DNA of 64,000 nt from Candidatus Falkowbacteria bacterium (GCA_963747695.1 CAVVFV010000010.1:261618-325617), one strand, 5' to 3'; counted from the stretch's first letter, positions 52,842-61,974 are shown. Numbers and translations are program-made. The notes: generated from the sequence alone by a model not told the origin.

Positions 52842-53747
52842 TCAAGGACAATTCTTCGCCTTGCGCCAACCGGCCTGAACCGCTTCCGCTTCAGTGCAAA
52901 ACCATTTTTCGCCTTTGCTTTCGTCGATTACCGTCTGATCATAATAATCGCAGCCGGGAACGTGATAGATTTTCTCGCCGCTCGCGCTGATATTCCCTTT
53001 GATCAAACAATTATTAGCTGCCGTTGCCGGAAAGGAACTTGAACGCGCCGGCGATAAAGTGACCGCGCTTGGCGGAAAATTTACGCAAGCGCCCGGCGCC
53101 CAGAGCCCCGCGTGATTTTCCTGGGCCAATTTTTGCGCGGTTTTGAATTCTTGTTGATATTGATAAGGAACTTGATAAGTATATTCATAAGCAAAACCGT
53201 CCTGGATTGCCTCCAGATTATAAAATAATCCGTCGCTCCGCCAGACATAGCGTAACGACCTTCCATATATATCTTTATCATCCTGGCTCGGGTCGGCGGC
53301 GATCCGTACCTGCTGTCCATCAAGTAATTTTTTGGCATTATCAGAAGCCTCTTTACCAAAACATTCGACCGGCTTCCGCGGATCCACTACTTCCGGCGTG
53401 TTGATGCCGATCAACCGCAACCGCTCGGTCTTACCATTAATTAAAATATCAATCGTATCGCCATCGACGACCTTGATTACCGGATAAAACTGCGAATTCG
53501 ATTCCCCTCTCGAGAGGGGTGGCGCCGCCGCGGCGACGGGGTGTGTTATCGCGGCAGAATCCGAAGCGATCGAATTTTGGACTGACAACTTTTCCAAAAC
53601 GACCTGACTGACTGCGGCCGCCACCGGTTCTGCCACCGTCTTGTCTGTCGTCACTGCCGGATAAGATCCGAAATGCAACCGGGACGCCAAAATTAAAAAA
53701 ACAAAACCCGCCAGCAATAAAAACAAGGTTTTGTTTTTTCTCCGCAT
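52842..53747 (-). CDS. Secreted thermonuclease (SNase fold) with C-terminal Cys-containing domain
   Basis: VVDGDTIDI...RLIGINTPE SNase motifs, an N-terminal TM/signal, and a C-terminal IKGNIS..GEKIYH.PG...Y....I.....WFC.EAEA..AGWR motif. Confidence 0.8.
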   Translation of the reverse strand: MRRKNKTLFLLLAGFVFLILASRLHFGSYPAVTTDKTVAEPVAAAVSQVVLEKLSVQNSIASDSAAITHPVAAAAPPLSRGESNSQFYPVIKVVDGDTIDILINGKTERLRLIGINTPEVVDPRKPVECFGKEASDNAKKLLDGQQVRIAADPSQDDKDIYGRSLRYVWRSDGLFYNLEAIQDGFAYEYTYQVPYQYQQEFKTAQKLAQENHAGLWAPGACVNFPPSAVTLSPARSSSFPATAANNCLIKGNISASGEKIYHVPGCDYYDQTVIDESKGEKWFCTEAEAVQAGWRKAKNCP

Positions 53748-53759
53748 ATCTTTTCTTAA

Positions 53760-54395
53760 CTATTCTAAAGTCTCAAAATAATCCGCGGCGGCGGTTATCA
53801 GATCGCTCGGTTTTTCAACAATTCGGAATGGTTTCCCTTGCCGCAAGGTTTTCGGAAAATGAAACCCCCAAGTGACGGCAATCGCTCCCACGCCCATCTT
53901 TGCCGCCTCGCGCATATCACCCAGCGTATCAGTGATAAAAACACAATCATCCGGGATGATGCCGTATCTCTCAAAAACCATTTTAATTTTTTCAACCTTG
54001 CTTTGATGAATATCATTGCCCAAAATTTTCGCGAAATGATCCGCCAACCCGGCTTTTTCCAAAAAATTCTGAATCGGGCTGGTGATAGTGGAAGATACAA
54101 CGACCAAAAAATAATTTTTTTCCAACGCGATGATCGCCTCTTTTATGCCGGGCACTATTTTGACTTCCTTTTCCATCCGCGGGATATATTCCGCGAAAAA
54201 ATCAATCCCGTGCCGGCATTCCTTGGTATGTCCGTTTACCGGATCTTCCCAATCATTAATATTTCCGTCAAAGCGCCGGCGATAATCTTTTTCGCTCAAC
54301 CGCGGACAAATCATTTTATTAATTTCAAAAGCTAACCCGTAAGAATCGGCGATGACGCCATCGAAGTCAAAGAGTAAATATTTTTTCATGCTCAA
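53760..54395 (-). CDS. HAD-superfamily hydrolase (phosphatase-like)
   Basis: LLFDFDGVIADS motif I, SS motif II, and a late GD..D motif. Confidence 0.8.
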   Translation of the reverse strand: MSMKKYLLFDFDGVIADSYGLAFEINKMICPRLSEKDYRRRFDGNINDWEDPVNGHTKECRHGIDFFAEYIPRMEKEVKIVPGIKEAIIALEKNYFLVVVSSTITSPIQNFLEKAGLADHFAKILGNDIHQSKVEKIKMVFERYGIIPDDCVFITDTLGDMREAAKMGVGAIAVTWGFHFPKTLRQGKPFRIVEKPSDLITAAADYFETLE

Positions 54396-54885
54396 TTGGA
54401 TTTTTAATTATTTTGGTGAGTTGTCTTATGTCGCCGGGAGTTGTCAGATAGATTCCGTGGCCGGACGGCAGCGTATATAAAGTGATATGAGTCGGCGGCA
54501 CTTCAATTTCTAGATGGTATTTTTTATTTAATAACGTAAAAAAATTATCCAAGAAAGAAACATCCGCCATGATAACCACCGTTCGCCGCTCATTTTGCTC
54601 GACAAATCTGAATTCATCGCGGAAAGCCGTCAGAGAAACATCGTGCGCCTTGGTAAATTCGCAAAAATCCTTGATGACTGACTTGGCAAAATCCGGAATC
54701 GCAATCTTATTTTTTTCAATGATCTTTCCGATGCAAACCAGGCTGACATGAAAAGATGATCTCAACGCCAATCGATATCCTTCAACTTCAATCTCGCGCG
54801 GCAAATCCCTTAACTCTACCGGCAGCACAATATTCTCCCACTCCAGAAGATATTTTTTCTTCCCGCAAAGATATTTATTTTCCAT
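54367..54885 (-). CDS. 2H-phosphoesterase-superfamily protein (LigT-like)
   Basis: Two HxS/Tx motifs (FHVSLV and THITLY) at the appropriate spacing. Confidence 0.5.
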   Translation of the reverse strand: MENKYLCGKKKYLLEWENIVLPVELRDLPREIEVEGYRLALRSSFHVSLVCIGKIIEKNKIAIPDFAKSVIKDFCEFTKAHDVSLTAFRDEFRFVEQNERRTVVIMADVSFLDNFFTLLNKKYHLEIEVPPTHITLYTLPSGHGIYLTTPGDIRQLTKIIKNPIEHEKIFTL

Positions 54886-54894
54886 AAAATAAAG

Positions 54895-55347
54895 CTACGC
54901 CTCTAATTTAATGCTGTCATTGGTGACAATTTTGCCGTAAAAATCTAATTTTTCTTGGGTATTATCGTTGATGCCTAAACTCAAATAACTTTTATCCTCC
55001 GCTTGATAATCCCAGAATCTTTCGCTATCGCCTTTTTTAAAAATCTCTTCTCCTTCAATTTCTTCGGCGACGGCATGGGCCGCATACTGAAATTTGAATT
55101 TCTTTCCGTCAAAGTCAAGCTCGGGCGGAAATGGCTGTTGAAAATGCGTTGGCGTTTCTTTAACCAAAAGAAAGATATTTTCTTTCAGGTCATCGGCAAA
55201 AACATAATCGTCGCTCAGAAAACATTTGATATAAAAACTGCCATCGTCAAACCTGAATTTGACCACTTCTTTAACGATAAAATCCCGGCCCTCAACCGAC
55301 AATTTAATGTTTGGTTTAATTTTTGAGCGAAACTCCTTTACTTCCAT
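54895..55347 (-). CDS. Hypothetical protein
   Basis: 150-aa ORF. No confident family. Confidence 0.4.
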   Translation of the reverse strand: MEVKEFRSKIKPNIKLSVEGRDFIVKEVVKFRFDDGSFYIKCFLSDDYVFADDLKENIFLLVKETPTHFQQPFPPELDFDGKKFKFQYAAHAVAEEIEGEEIFKKGDSERFWDYQAEDKSYLSLGINDNTQEKLDFYGKIVTNDSIKLEA

Positions 55348-55371
55348 AGATAGCCCCGGCTATGAATAAAA

Positions 55372-55836
55372 TTATTCCGTTTCTAAACTCTTTTCCCAGC
55401 CCTCAATGACTTGCAAAGCCTGATTCTCTAATTCTAAAAAATGAATAAGCTCGATAGGGTGTCGTGTAAGTCGATTGATTGAATTAAGATCGTGCTTTCC
55501 TTCGTAGTGTTGTTGGGAAACTCGTTCACGGCTGCAAGCATAAACTATTTTGGGTACAGAAGCCCAGATTGAAGCAGAGAAACACATCATGCAAGGTTCC
55601 AGCGAAGAGTACAAGACAACCTTTCTTAAATCCCTAGTTTGCAATTTTTGGCATGCCTCACGTATTGCCGCCGTTTCCGCATGGCTTGTCGGGTCATTAA
55701 GTTGCTTGCCGTTGCTTATTCCAGAAGCCAAAATTTCTCCGTTTTTAACAATGATTACTCCAACGGGAAAACCACCCAAAGCAACAGACTCCTTTGATTT
55801 TTCTATCGCAACTTGTAGAAATTTTGCGTCATCCAT
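55372..55836 (-). CDS. CMP/dCMP-type zinc deaminase (TadA/guanine deaminase-like)
   Basis: HAETAAI and PCMMC zinc-binding motifs. Confidence 0.8.
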   Translation of the reverse strand: MDDAKFLQVAIEKSKESVALGGFPVGVIIVKNGEILASGISNGKQLNDPTSHAETAAIREACQKLQTRDLRKVVLYSSLEPCMMCFSASIWASVPKIVYACSRERVSQQHYEGKHDLNSINRLTRHPIELIHFLELENQALQVIEGWEKSLETE

Positions 55837-55886
55837 ATTTTAAAAAGATGTTTGTCCACGACAAAGGTCAGATTGAAAAAAATATG

Positions 55887-55924
55887 TGGACCAGAGGAGG
55901 TTCGAACTCCTTACCTCCGCGTTG
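55887..55924 (-). pseudogene. tRNA-Ala-like 3' fragment (anticodon stem 3' strand to acceptor end)
   Basis: Minus strand reads CAA-CGCGG-AGGTA-AGGAG-TTCGAAC-CTCCT-CTGGTCC-A. It pairs with the 5' fragment at 56136-56156, including G3:U70. Confidence 0.65.
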
Positions 55925-55939
55925 TCCCGCACCTTTTTG

Positions 55940-56011
55940 TGGAGATAAGGAGACTCGAACTCCTGACCCTCGCGTTGCAAACGCGATGCTCTACCACTGA
56001 GCTATATCCCC
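55940..56011 (-). tRNA. tRNA-Ala(TGC)
   Basis: Acceptor GGGGATA/TATCTCC with G3:U70, anticodon arm TCGCG-TTTGCAA-CGCGA, T arm AGGAG-TTCGAGT-CTCCT, A73. Confidence 0.9.
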
Positions 56012-56135
56012 AAAAAAAGGTGCGGGACGGCGCTCCCTGTCCCGCTCCAGTTTTCAATATTAAAACAAAGATTTGTTTTTTTTATATATTATTTAAAATT
56101 TCGAACCCTATTCTTCTGCAAAAACTGGGGCGGGA

Positions 56136-56156
56136 TACCAACTGAGCTACTGGCCC
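56136..56156 (-). pseudogene. tRNA-Ala-like 5' fragment (acceptor plus D stem/loop)
   Basis: Minus strand reads GGGCCAG-TA-GCTC-AGTTGGTA, then diverges into TCCCGCCCCAG. Confidence 0.6.
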
Positions 56157-56283
56157 AATTCATAAATAACCAATAATCAATATCAAATATCCAATAAACA
56201 TTCAAGTCGAATAATTTTTGAATATTAATTTATTAAAATATTTTTTTGATATTGGTTATTTGATATTTGATATTTTTTTCTAA

Positions 56284-56535
56284 TTATCCTCTTCCGGCAT
56301 TGATCAGCGGCGACAAGAGCCACATCATAAAATCGCCGAAAACATTAGTCGCGAGCATCACTCCGATGATAAAGACCAAAATTCCCAACAACTTATAGCC
56401 CAGGCGCGATCCGCCTTCGGTGCCTAAATATTTTTCAAAGAAACCGACTCGACCGAACATATTTAACATCGCCTCTGATTTAATTGTGATCAGCGCGCCG
56501 ACTACGGCAAGCACCAAGCCGAGGATGATACTCAT
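56284..56535 (-). CDS. Small membrane protein (2-3 TM)
   Basis: Hydrophobic 83-aa ORF downstream of the M23 peptidase gene. Confidence 0.45.
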   Translation of the reverse strand: MSIILGLVLAVVGALITIKSEAMLNMFGRVGFFEKYLGTEGGSRLGYKLLGILVFIIGVMLATNVFGDFMMWLLSPLINAGRG

Positions 56536-56559
56536 AAGATTTAATTGATTAAATTATTT

Positions 56560-57888
56560 TTATCTTAAATAATCCAACGGATTATACAGCTTGCCGTTGA
56601 TATGTACTTCAAAATGCAAATGCGGACCGGTCGAATTTCCGGTCGAGCCGATCAGGGCGATCACGTCGCCCTTTTGCACCACATCGCCTTTCTTGACCAA
56701 TAATTTGGAGGCATGGGCGTAGCGGGTGAACATCCCGCCGCCGTGATTGATCTCCACCATATTCCCGTAACCGACCGTGCTCCAGCCGGCAAACTGGATC
56801 GTCCCCGATTCAGCGGCATAGATCGGCGTTCCCAACGGATTGGCGATATCGATTGCCTGATGCTTCCAGGAAAAATATTGCGTAATCGTGTGGGTGACGG
56901 TCGGCCAAAGCAGCTTCCCCGCGGCGGCGACAACTTTACTCGGACTTAACAAACTTTTGAGCACGTTCAGCGGATTGTAAGCTGCGGCTGTTTTGGAGGC
57001 GGGCGGCGCGTAATAAATTTTGACGCCTCCCGGGATGAACAGGCTTTGTCCCAGCGCCAATTTCGTATCATCCGGCAGATTGTTAGCCGTTAAAATATCA
57101 CTGGAATCGACGCCGAACTTATTGGCGATCGACCCGAGCGTTTCCCCTTTGGCAACCTTATAAGTAATTCCAGTCGATGGCAAGATTACCAAAGTATCAC
57201 CAGGCCTGATTAAACTGGTGGCGCTCAAATTATTTTCCCAAAGGATCGTATTGACGCTGATATCAAAATTAACCGCGATTGAACTGATCGTATCGCCCGA
57301 CTGAACCGTATAATTGATCGATGATTTGCGCGTCTTTATGCTCTTTTGGGTCGTGGCTACTTCCGGCTTAACCAGCATCCCGTCGTTCTGTGAACCCAGA
57401 TCGGCCAAGCTGGTATCTTCTTCGACCGGAGTGGAAGTGGCAATGGTCATTTGATTAACAGCCACTTCGCCATTGTTCAAATATTGCGTCCCAGTTTGCG
57501 GCATCGCCACGCCGGTGGCGGCCGTTTCTTCGATCAGCCCGCCATCGTCGGTGCTGCCGACTTCACTGGTGATCAGTCCGGCAATGATGGTTTTCCCGGC
57601 GTTATCAAACAACGTTTTGGCGTTGGCTTGCTGGCTCATGATGCCGGAGGCGCAGATAATCGCCACCAAGATCGCCAAAAAAATATGCACTGTCTTACGG
57701 CTCACCAAAAAAGAAAAGAAATTTCCGCCCAGCCGGCTCCAGCCGACTTTCTTGGCAAAAGAAAAATAGGCCAGATAAGCCTTGGCGAATAATTTTAAGA
57801 AGATAAATTTGCCCAACGCGATCAAGGGTCTGGCCGCCAATGACAAAAAAGCCGCTAAAAAGGTTTTGAGCCAGGAGAGCAGCTTCAT
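56560..57888 (-). CDS. LysM-domain M23-family metallopeptidase
   Basis: Two LysM repeats (YTVQSGDTISSIA, YKVAKGETLGSIA). M23 HxxxD/HxH motifs (GNSTGPHLHFEV). Confidence 0.9.
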   Translation of the reverse strand: MKLLSWLKTFLAAFLSLAARPLIALGKFIFLKLFAKAYLAYFSFAKKVGWSRLGGNFFSFLVSRKTVHIFLAILVAIICASGIMSQQANAKTLFDNAGKTIIAGLITSEVGSTDDGGLIEETAATGVAMPQTGTQYLNNGEVAVNQMTIATSTPVEEDTSLADLGSQNDGMLVKPEVATTQKSIKTRKSSINYTVQSGDTISSIAVNFDISVNTILWENNLSATSLIRPGDTLVILPSTGITYKVAKGETLGSIANKFGVDSSDILTANNLPDDTKLALGQSLFIPGGVKIYYAPPASKTAAAYNPLNVLKSLLSPSKVVAAAGKLLWPTVTHTITQYFSWKHQAIDIANPLGTPIYAAESGTIQFAGWSTVGYGNMVEINHGGGMFTRYAHASKLLVKKGDVVQKGDVIALIGSTGNSTGPHLHFEVHINGKLYNPLDYLR

Positions 57889-58147
57889 AATTATCAGTAA
57901 TATTTCGACGATAATCCGCTTGATTGTCTCGTTTTTTCGGGGAATATTATTTATCGGTTACGGCTCTCATCTTAACATTTAAAAGACTGGCGGTCAATTT
58001 GAGTTGCGCCAAAATTCTACTGTTATATTGCTATATTGTTTGACTATTTTTCTCGTTGCGCAGCAATATGGCAATATAACAATATAACAATTCGATTGTC
58101 CTTTAAAAAACTTTGTGCTAAAATTATGGTATGTTAATAAACTAATT

Positions 58148-58333
58148 AAAGGCGTCTGAGGGACTGTCGCCAAATACAGTTTTCGGCCTAAATTCTTATC
58201 TTTCGGCAAATTTCGTAAAAAATTTCTTAGCTGATAAACCATATCACCTAAAAAATTTTTTACGAAATTTGCTCGAAATCTAAAAATTTATGCTCGAAAG
58301 AGTATTTGGCGACAGCCCCTAAAAAGCGTCTTT
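58148..58333. repeat. ~185-bp imperfect palindrome (MITE-like, or a long 5'-UTR hairpin) upstream of the pilin-like cluster
   Basis: Outer arms GGGACTGTCGCCAAATAC / GTATTTGGCGACAGCCCC. Inner arms CGGCAAATTTCGTAAAAAATTT / AAATTTTTTACGAAATTTGCTCG. Confidence 0.6.
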
Positions 58334-58349
58334 AGAGGGGAGGTGAATT

Positions 58350-58736
58350 ATGAACAAAATCGTCAAGTATTTAATGATCGTGGCCATGGTTTTGGCCATC
58401 GCCGTACCGGTCCTTTCCATGCCAGCTTTGGCAACAACTCTGGATCTGGGCACCAGCTATGTCAACAATCAGGTAACCGGTCTGGGCACCAATGATCCGC
58501 GCACCATCGCGGGTATCGTCATCCGCATCGCCTTGGGTTTCCTCGGCGTTCTGGCGGTAATCATCATCCTGATCGGCGGTTTCAAATGGATGACCGCGGC
58601 CGGCAACGAAGAGCAGATCGAAGATGCCAAGAAAGTTTTGATGGCCGGAATCATCGGCTTGGTCATTATCCTGGCCTCCTGGGGTATCGCCACCTTTGTC
58701 CTCACCAGCCTACTCACGGCGACGACAGGCTCTTAG
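58350..58736 (+). CDS. TrbC/VirB2-like (T4SS_pilin-type) small membrane protein, paralogue 1
   Basis: Signal peptide, variable region, then the conserved LG.LGV....I.GG..WM.A.G.E..I..AK......IGL.I.... Confidence 0.7.
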   Translation: MNKIVKYLMIVAMVLAIAVPVLSMPALATTLDLGTSYVNNQVTGLGTNDPRTIAGIVIRIALGFLGVLAVIIILIGGFKWMTAAGNEEQIEDAKKVLMAGIIGLVIILASWGIATFVLTSLLTATTGS

Positions 58737-58852
58737 TAATTTTTCCAAAACTAGTTTTAGGAAAATTGGTGGGTCTTATTCCTAAAGTAAGACTCACTGC
58801 CTTGGACAGAAATATTTTGTGTTCAGAGCAGTAAAAAATTCATCATAAAAAT

Positions 58853-59314
58853 ATGTCGGTAAAAAAAATCAGCTTGTTTTTTCTGGCCCCGCTTCTTCTT
58901 TTAGGAATTTTTGTGTTATTTTCTACTGCCCAAGCTTCCGCTCCTGACCACAGATTAATTGCTCAAACCACCCAAGGAGACGTTAACAATGCCGCAGATA
59001 AACTCAATTCTCTCCAGGATACCACCCAGGGAAATTATGGCCTGGATGAAGCCTCGCAAAACACACCCTTGATTGATAACACGCCGCAGCAGATCGTCGG
59101 CACGGTAATCGGCGCCGCCCTTTCTTTATTGGGCGTGATTTTCTTTTTACTGATCATCTACGGCGGCCTGCGTTGGATGCTCGCCCAAGGCAATGAGCAG
59201 GAAGTGGAAAAAGCCAAAGAGGTGCTGATCGCCGCGGTAATCGGCCTTATTATCGTCCTCTCCGCCTACGCCATCACCACCTTCATCGGCACGCAATTGA
59301 CCGGCGGCAAATAA
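58853..59314 (+). CDS. TrbC/VirB2-like small membrane protein, paralogue 2
   Basis: Same C-terminal two-helix module (IYGGLRWMLAQGNEQEVEKAKEVL). Confidence 0.7.
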   Translation: MSVKKISLFFLAPLLLLGIFVLFSTAQASAPDHRLIAQTTQGDVNNAADKLNSLQDTTQGNYGLDEASQNTPLIDNTPQQIVGTVIGAALSLLGVIFFLLIIYGGLRWMLAQGNEQEVEKAKEVLIAAVIGLIIVLSAYAITTFIGTQLTGGK

Positions 59315-59372
59315 AATCTCCGCTCTTAAGATTATTACACCAAATATTTTAACCTAATCATCAAGCCCCCCG

Positions 59373-59738
59373 ATGTTTATTCTTTCCCCCCTTGTTTCGC
59401 TCCACAGCAAACTCATCGCCTACAGTTTTGTGGAAAATAGCGGCGTGAATGAAACCGCCAACCAGGCCGGTTTCTCCGGCCCGTCCGGCCAAGCCGGCGT
59501 CACCTCCATCACCGGCACGGTTATCAGTGTGATTTTGTCGTTGCTCGGCGTGATTTTTTTAGCCCTAACCATCTACGGCGGAATAATGTGGATGACAGCG
59601 GAAGGCAAAGAAGAGCGGATCGAGAAAGCCAAGAATATCATTATCAACAGCGTAATCGGACTGGTTATCGTGATGGCCGCCTATGCCATCAGCTACTTTG
59701 TCATTAATGCTTTAACCCAAGCGCCGCCGACAGTATGA
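59373..59738 (+). CDS. TrbC/VirB2-like small membrane protein, paralogue 3
   Basis: Same module (IYGGIMWMTAEGKEERIEKAKNII). The N-terminus is atypical and the start is uncertain. Confidence 0.6.
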   Translation: MFILSPLVSLHSKLIAYSFVENSGVNETANQAGFSGPSGQAGVTSITGTVISVILSLLGVIFLALTIYGGIMWMTAEGKEERIEKAKNIIINSVIGLVIVMAAYAISYFVINALTQAPPTV

Positions 59739-60130
59739 AAAAATTTTTTGGCCTACAAATTATTCCTATCCTCTTTTACTTATTGGCTGTTTCTTTTTTT
59801 CCTGTTCAAGCAGCCGGTAATTTAAGTAATGCTTTTGATACGAACACCCTTAGCGCCGCCTCCGGAAACACCGCCAATGCCGGTACCGATGTCTATCAAA
59901 TTATCGGAACAGTGATCCAAGCTTTGCTCGGCCTGCTGGGAGTCATCTTTCTCTCGCTCATAGTTTACGGCGGGGTCAGTTGGATGCTGGCCGAAGGAGA
60001 AGAAACTAAGATTGAAAAAGCGCAAGGAATCATCCGTTCGGCGATTATCGGCTTGGTCGTGGTGGTTGCCGCCTACGCCATCAGCTTCTTCGTAATCGGC
60101 GCGCTAAATAAAGCCGCCTTGGGTAAATAG
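59735..60130 (+). CDS. TrbC/VirB2-like small membrane protein, paralogue 4
   Basis: Same module (VYGGVSWMLAEGEETKIEKAQGII). 4-nt overlap with paralogue 3. Confidence 0.7.
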   Translation: MKKFFGLQIIPILFYLLAVSFFPVQAAGNLSNAFDTNTLSAASGNTANAGTDVYQIIGTVIQALLGLLGVIFLSLIVYGGVSWMLAEGEETKIEKAQGIIRSAIIGLVVVVAAYAISFFVIGALNKAALGK

Positions 60131-60159
60131 CGATTATTCCTTCAAAATATTTCAATTGT

Positions 60160-60552
60160 ATGAAAAAAATAATCAAAAGAATTTCTGTCTTGGCGAGTCT
60201 GCTTGTTTTTTTAGTGCTCCCTTATTTTGTTTTCGCTGATTCTCCGATCAACGCTTTGCAGAACGTGGGCAATGCCGCCGGTTACAGCAAAACGACCAAC
60301 GAAACGACCATTTCGGTCATCGCCGGCACAGTTGTCGGCGCCGTCTTAGGCTTGCTGGGCGTCATATTTATCATTCTAATAATCTATTCTGGAATAATGT
60401 GGATGACGGCCTCAGGCGATGAAGCTAAAGTTGAGAAAGCCCAGAAAATCTTACGAAATGCTATTATCGGATTAATCATTACGGTAAGTGCCACAGCAAT
60501 TTATCTTGTGGTTGCGCAAATTTTCTCCGTAACAATCGGCAACCCTTCTTGA
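60160..60552 (+). CDS. TrbC/VirB2-like small membrane protein, paralogue 5
   Basis: Same module (IYSGIMWMTASGDEAKVEKAQKIL). Confidence 0.7.
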   Translation: MKKIIKRISVLASLLVFLVLPYFVFADSPINALQNVGNAAGYSKTTNETTISVIAGTVVGAVLGLLGVIFIILIIYSGIMWMTASGDEAKVEKAQKILRNAIIGLIITVSATAIYLVVAQIFSVTIGNPS

Positions 60553-60632
60553 TTACGAATGCCCGGCGCCTAACAAAAGAGATGCCCGAGGAGGAAGAAA
60601 TATCACTTATTGATTAATATATCATTAAAAAT

Positions 60633-61043
60633 ATGAAGAATGCTTTAAAGGTAAAGATCTTTGCTTTCATAATACTGCTTTCTGCCCTTTTTACCTCAAG
60701 CTTTGCCAATGCCCAAGTCCCCGGCAGACAAGATCAAAATGCTGCCTTTGCCAAGGCCGCCAACCTAAACACTGGCAGTTCCGTTGGATCGATCATTGGA
60801 GTCCTCATTACTGCCGCGCTTGGCCTTTTGGCCGTAATTTTTATCATCTTATTGATCATCGCCGGTTTCCAGTGGATGACCGCCGAAGGCGATGAGGAAA
60901 AAATCAATAAAGCCAAGCAGACCATCAGCCGCGCCATCATCGGCCTGGCGATCGTCATCGCCGCCTATTCAATCACCTACTTCGTCTTTAATGCCTTAAG
61001 CAGCGCGTCGGTCGGCGGAACGCATACGGTCGGCGGCAGCTGA
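60633..61043 (+). CDS. TrbC/VirB2-like small membrane protein, paralogue 6
   Basis: Same module (IIAGFQWMTAEGDEEKINKAKQTI). Confidence 0.7.
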   Translation: MKNALKVKIFAFIILLSALFTSSFANAQVPGRQDQNAAFAKAANLNTGSSVGSIIGVLITAALGLLAVIFIILLIIAGFQWMTAEGDEEKINKAKQTISRAIIGLAIVIAAYSITYFVFNALSSASVGGTHTVGGS

Positions 61044-61125
61044 ACAAATCAAATTATCCACTATCTCAAATATATGAAAAGGACCATCAAATTCGATGGT
61101 CCTTTTAAATTTCCGACTTTGGGTC

Positions 61126-61647
61126 TTAATTTGCCCATACGTGCCAATGGCCGATCTTGCCGTGAGATTTATCGACTGGCGATGGAACGTGGAAGATATG
61201 AAACCTGGAGTATCCTTCCAGAAAAGAAAATTTTGCCTCGTATTTACCGGGAGGAAGCAAAAGCGAATCGGCGACATAATCCAGATTGTATTGCTGGGTA
61301 GTAAACCGTTCGTTCTGAACAGAATTCAAACGGCCTGTCCCCATCACCACTCCGTCCCGATCATAAATTTTCCAATCAACCGCCTCGCTGAAGCACTCAT
61401 TAAATATAAACCCGCGATAGCCGGTGCTGTCACCATAGACCGGTAATTTCTTGATCCGATGCATACTTATATGCCTTTCCAACGAATGCCGATCAAGATA
61501 ATTGGCATTAGAATCGAGTTCATAGCCGATCCCCTTGGGCCCGTAATTGGCAACATTTTGCCGATAATCCCAGGCCGAATACGAGGCACACCCGCAAATC
61601 ACCGAGAGCACCGCCATCAGCAATGCCAGTTTAACTAACGGATTCAT
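61126..61647 (-). CDS. Hypothetical lipoprotein
   Basis: Signal peptide with LSVICGC lipobox. No recognised family. Confidence 0.5.
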   Translation of the reverse strand: MNPLVKLALLMAVLSVICGCASYSAWDYRQNVANYGPKGIGYELDSNANYLDRHSLERHISMHRIKKLPVYGDSTGYRGFIFNECFSEAVDWKIYDRDGVVMGTGRLNSVQNERFTTQQYNLDYVADSLLLPPGKYEAKFSFLEGYSRFHIFHVPSPVDKSHGKIGHWHVWAN

Positions 61648-61974
61648 ATGATCTCCTTTGAAATTGGGTTTAGGTACAAACTATTAAAATAATAGCAATT
61701 TTAACTTAGCATAATTAATGCTAATTGTCAACTATACCCCTGCATGATATCTCAATCTTCATCTTATTAATGATTCCCCCATATAATTAAGCACGGGCAA
61801 TCAAACATCTATCAAATCTCGTCGAAGCTAGAGCGAGATTATGCGATCCCTGCCTACCGGCAGGCAGACGCCACTCGCCAGTAGCCGAGGCGGCCATGGC
61901 TTCCTCCCAAGGCGGACAAGCTGGCGGCTTTCACATAAAAAAATTCGCATTATCTAAATTCGTATCATTCGTAG

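Noticed and set aside
61790-61960. The GC-rich island as SRP RNA, tmRNA, RNase P RNA or 6S RNA.
   Set aside because: I found no recognisable conserved motifs: no SRP domain-IV GGAA-tetraloop context, no tRNA-like tmRNA ends with G3:U70 plus CCA, and no RNase P CR-I GAGGAAAGUCC. It is left as an unassigned candidate RNA.
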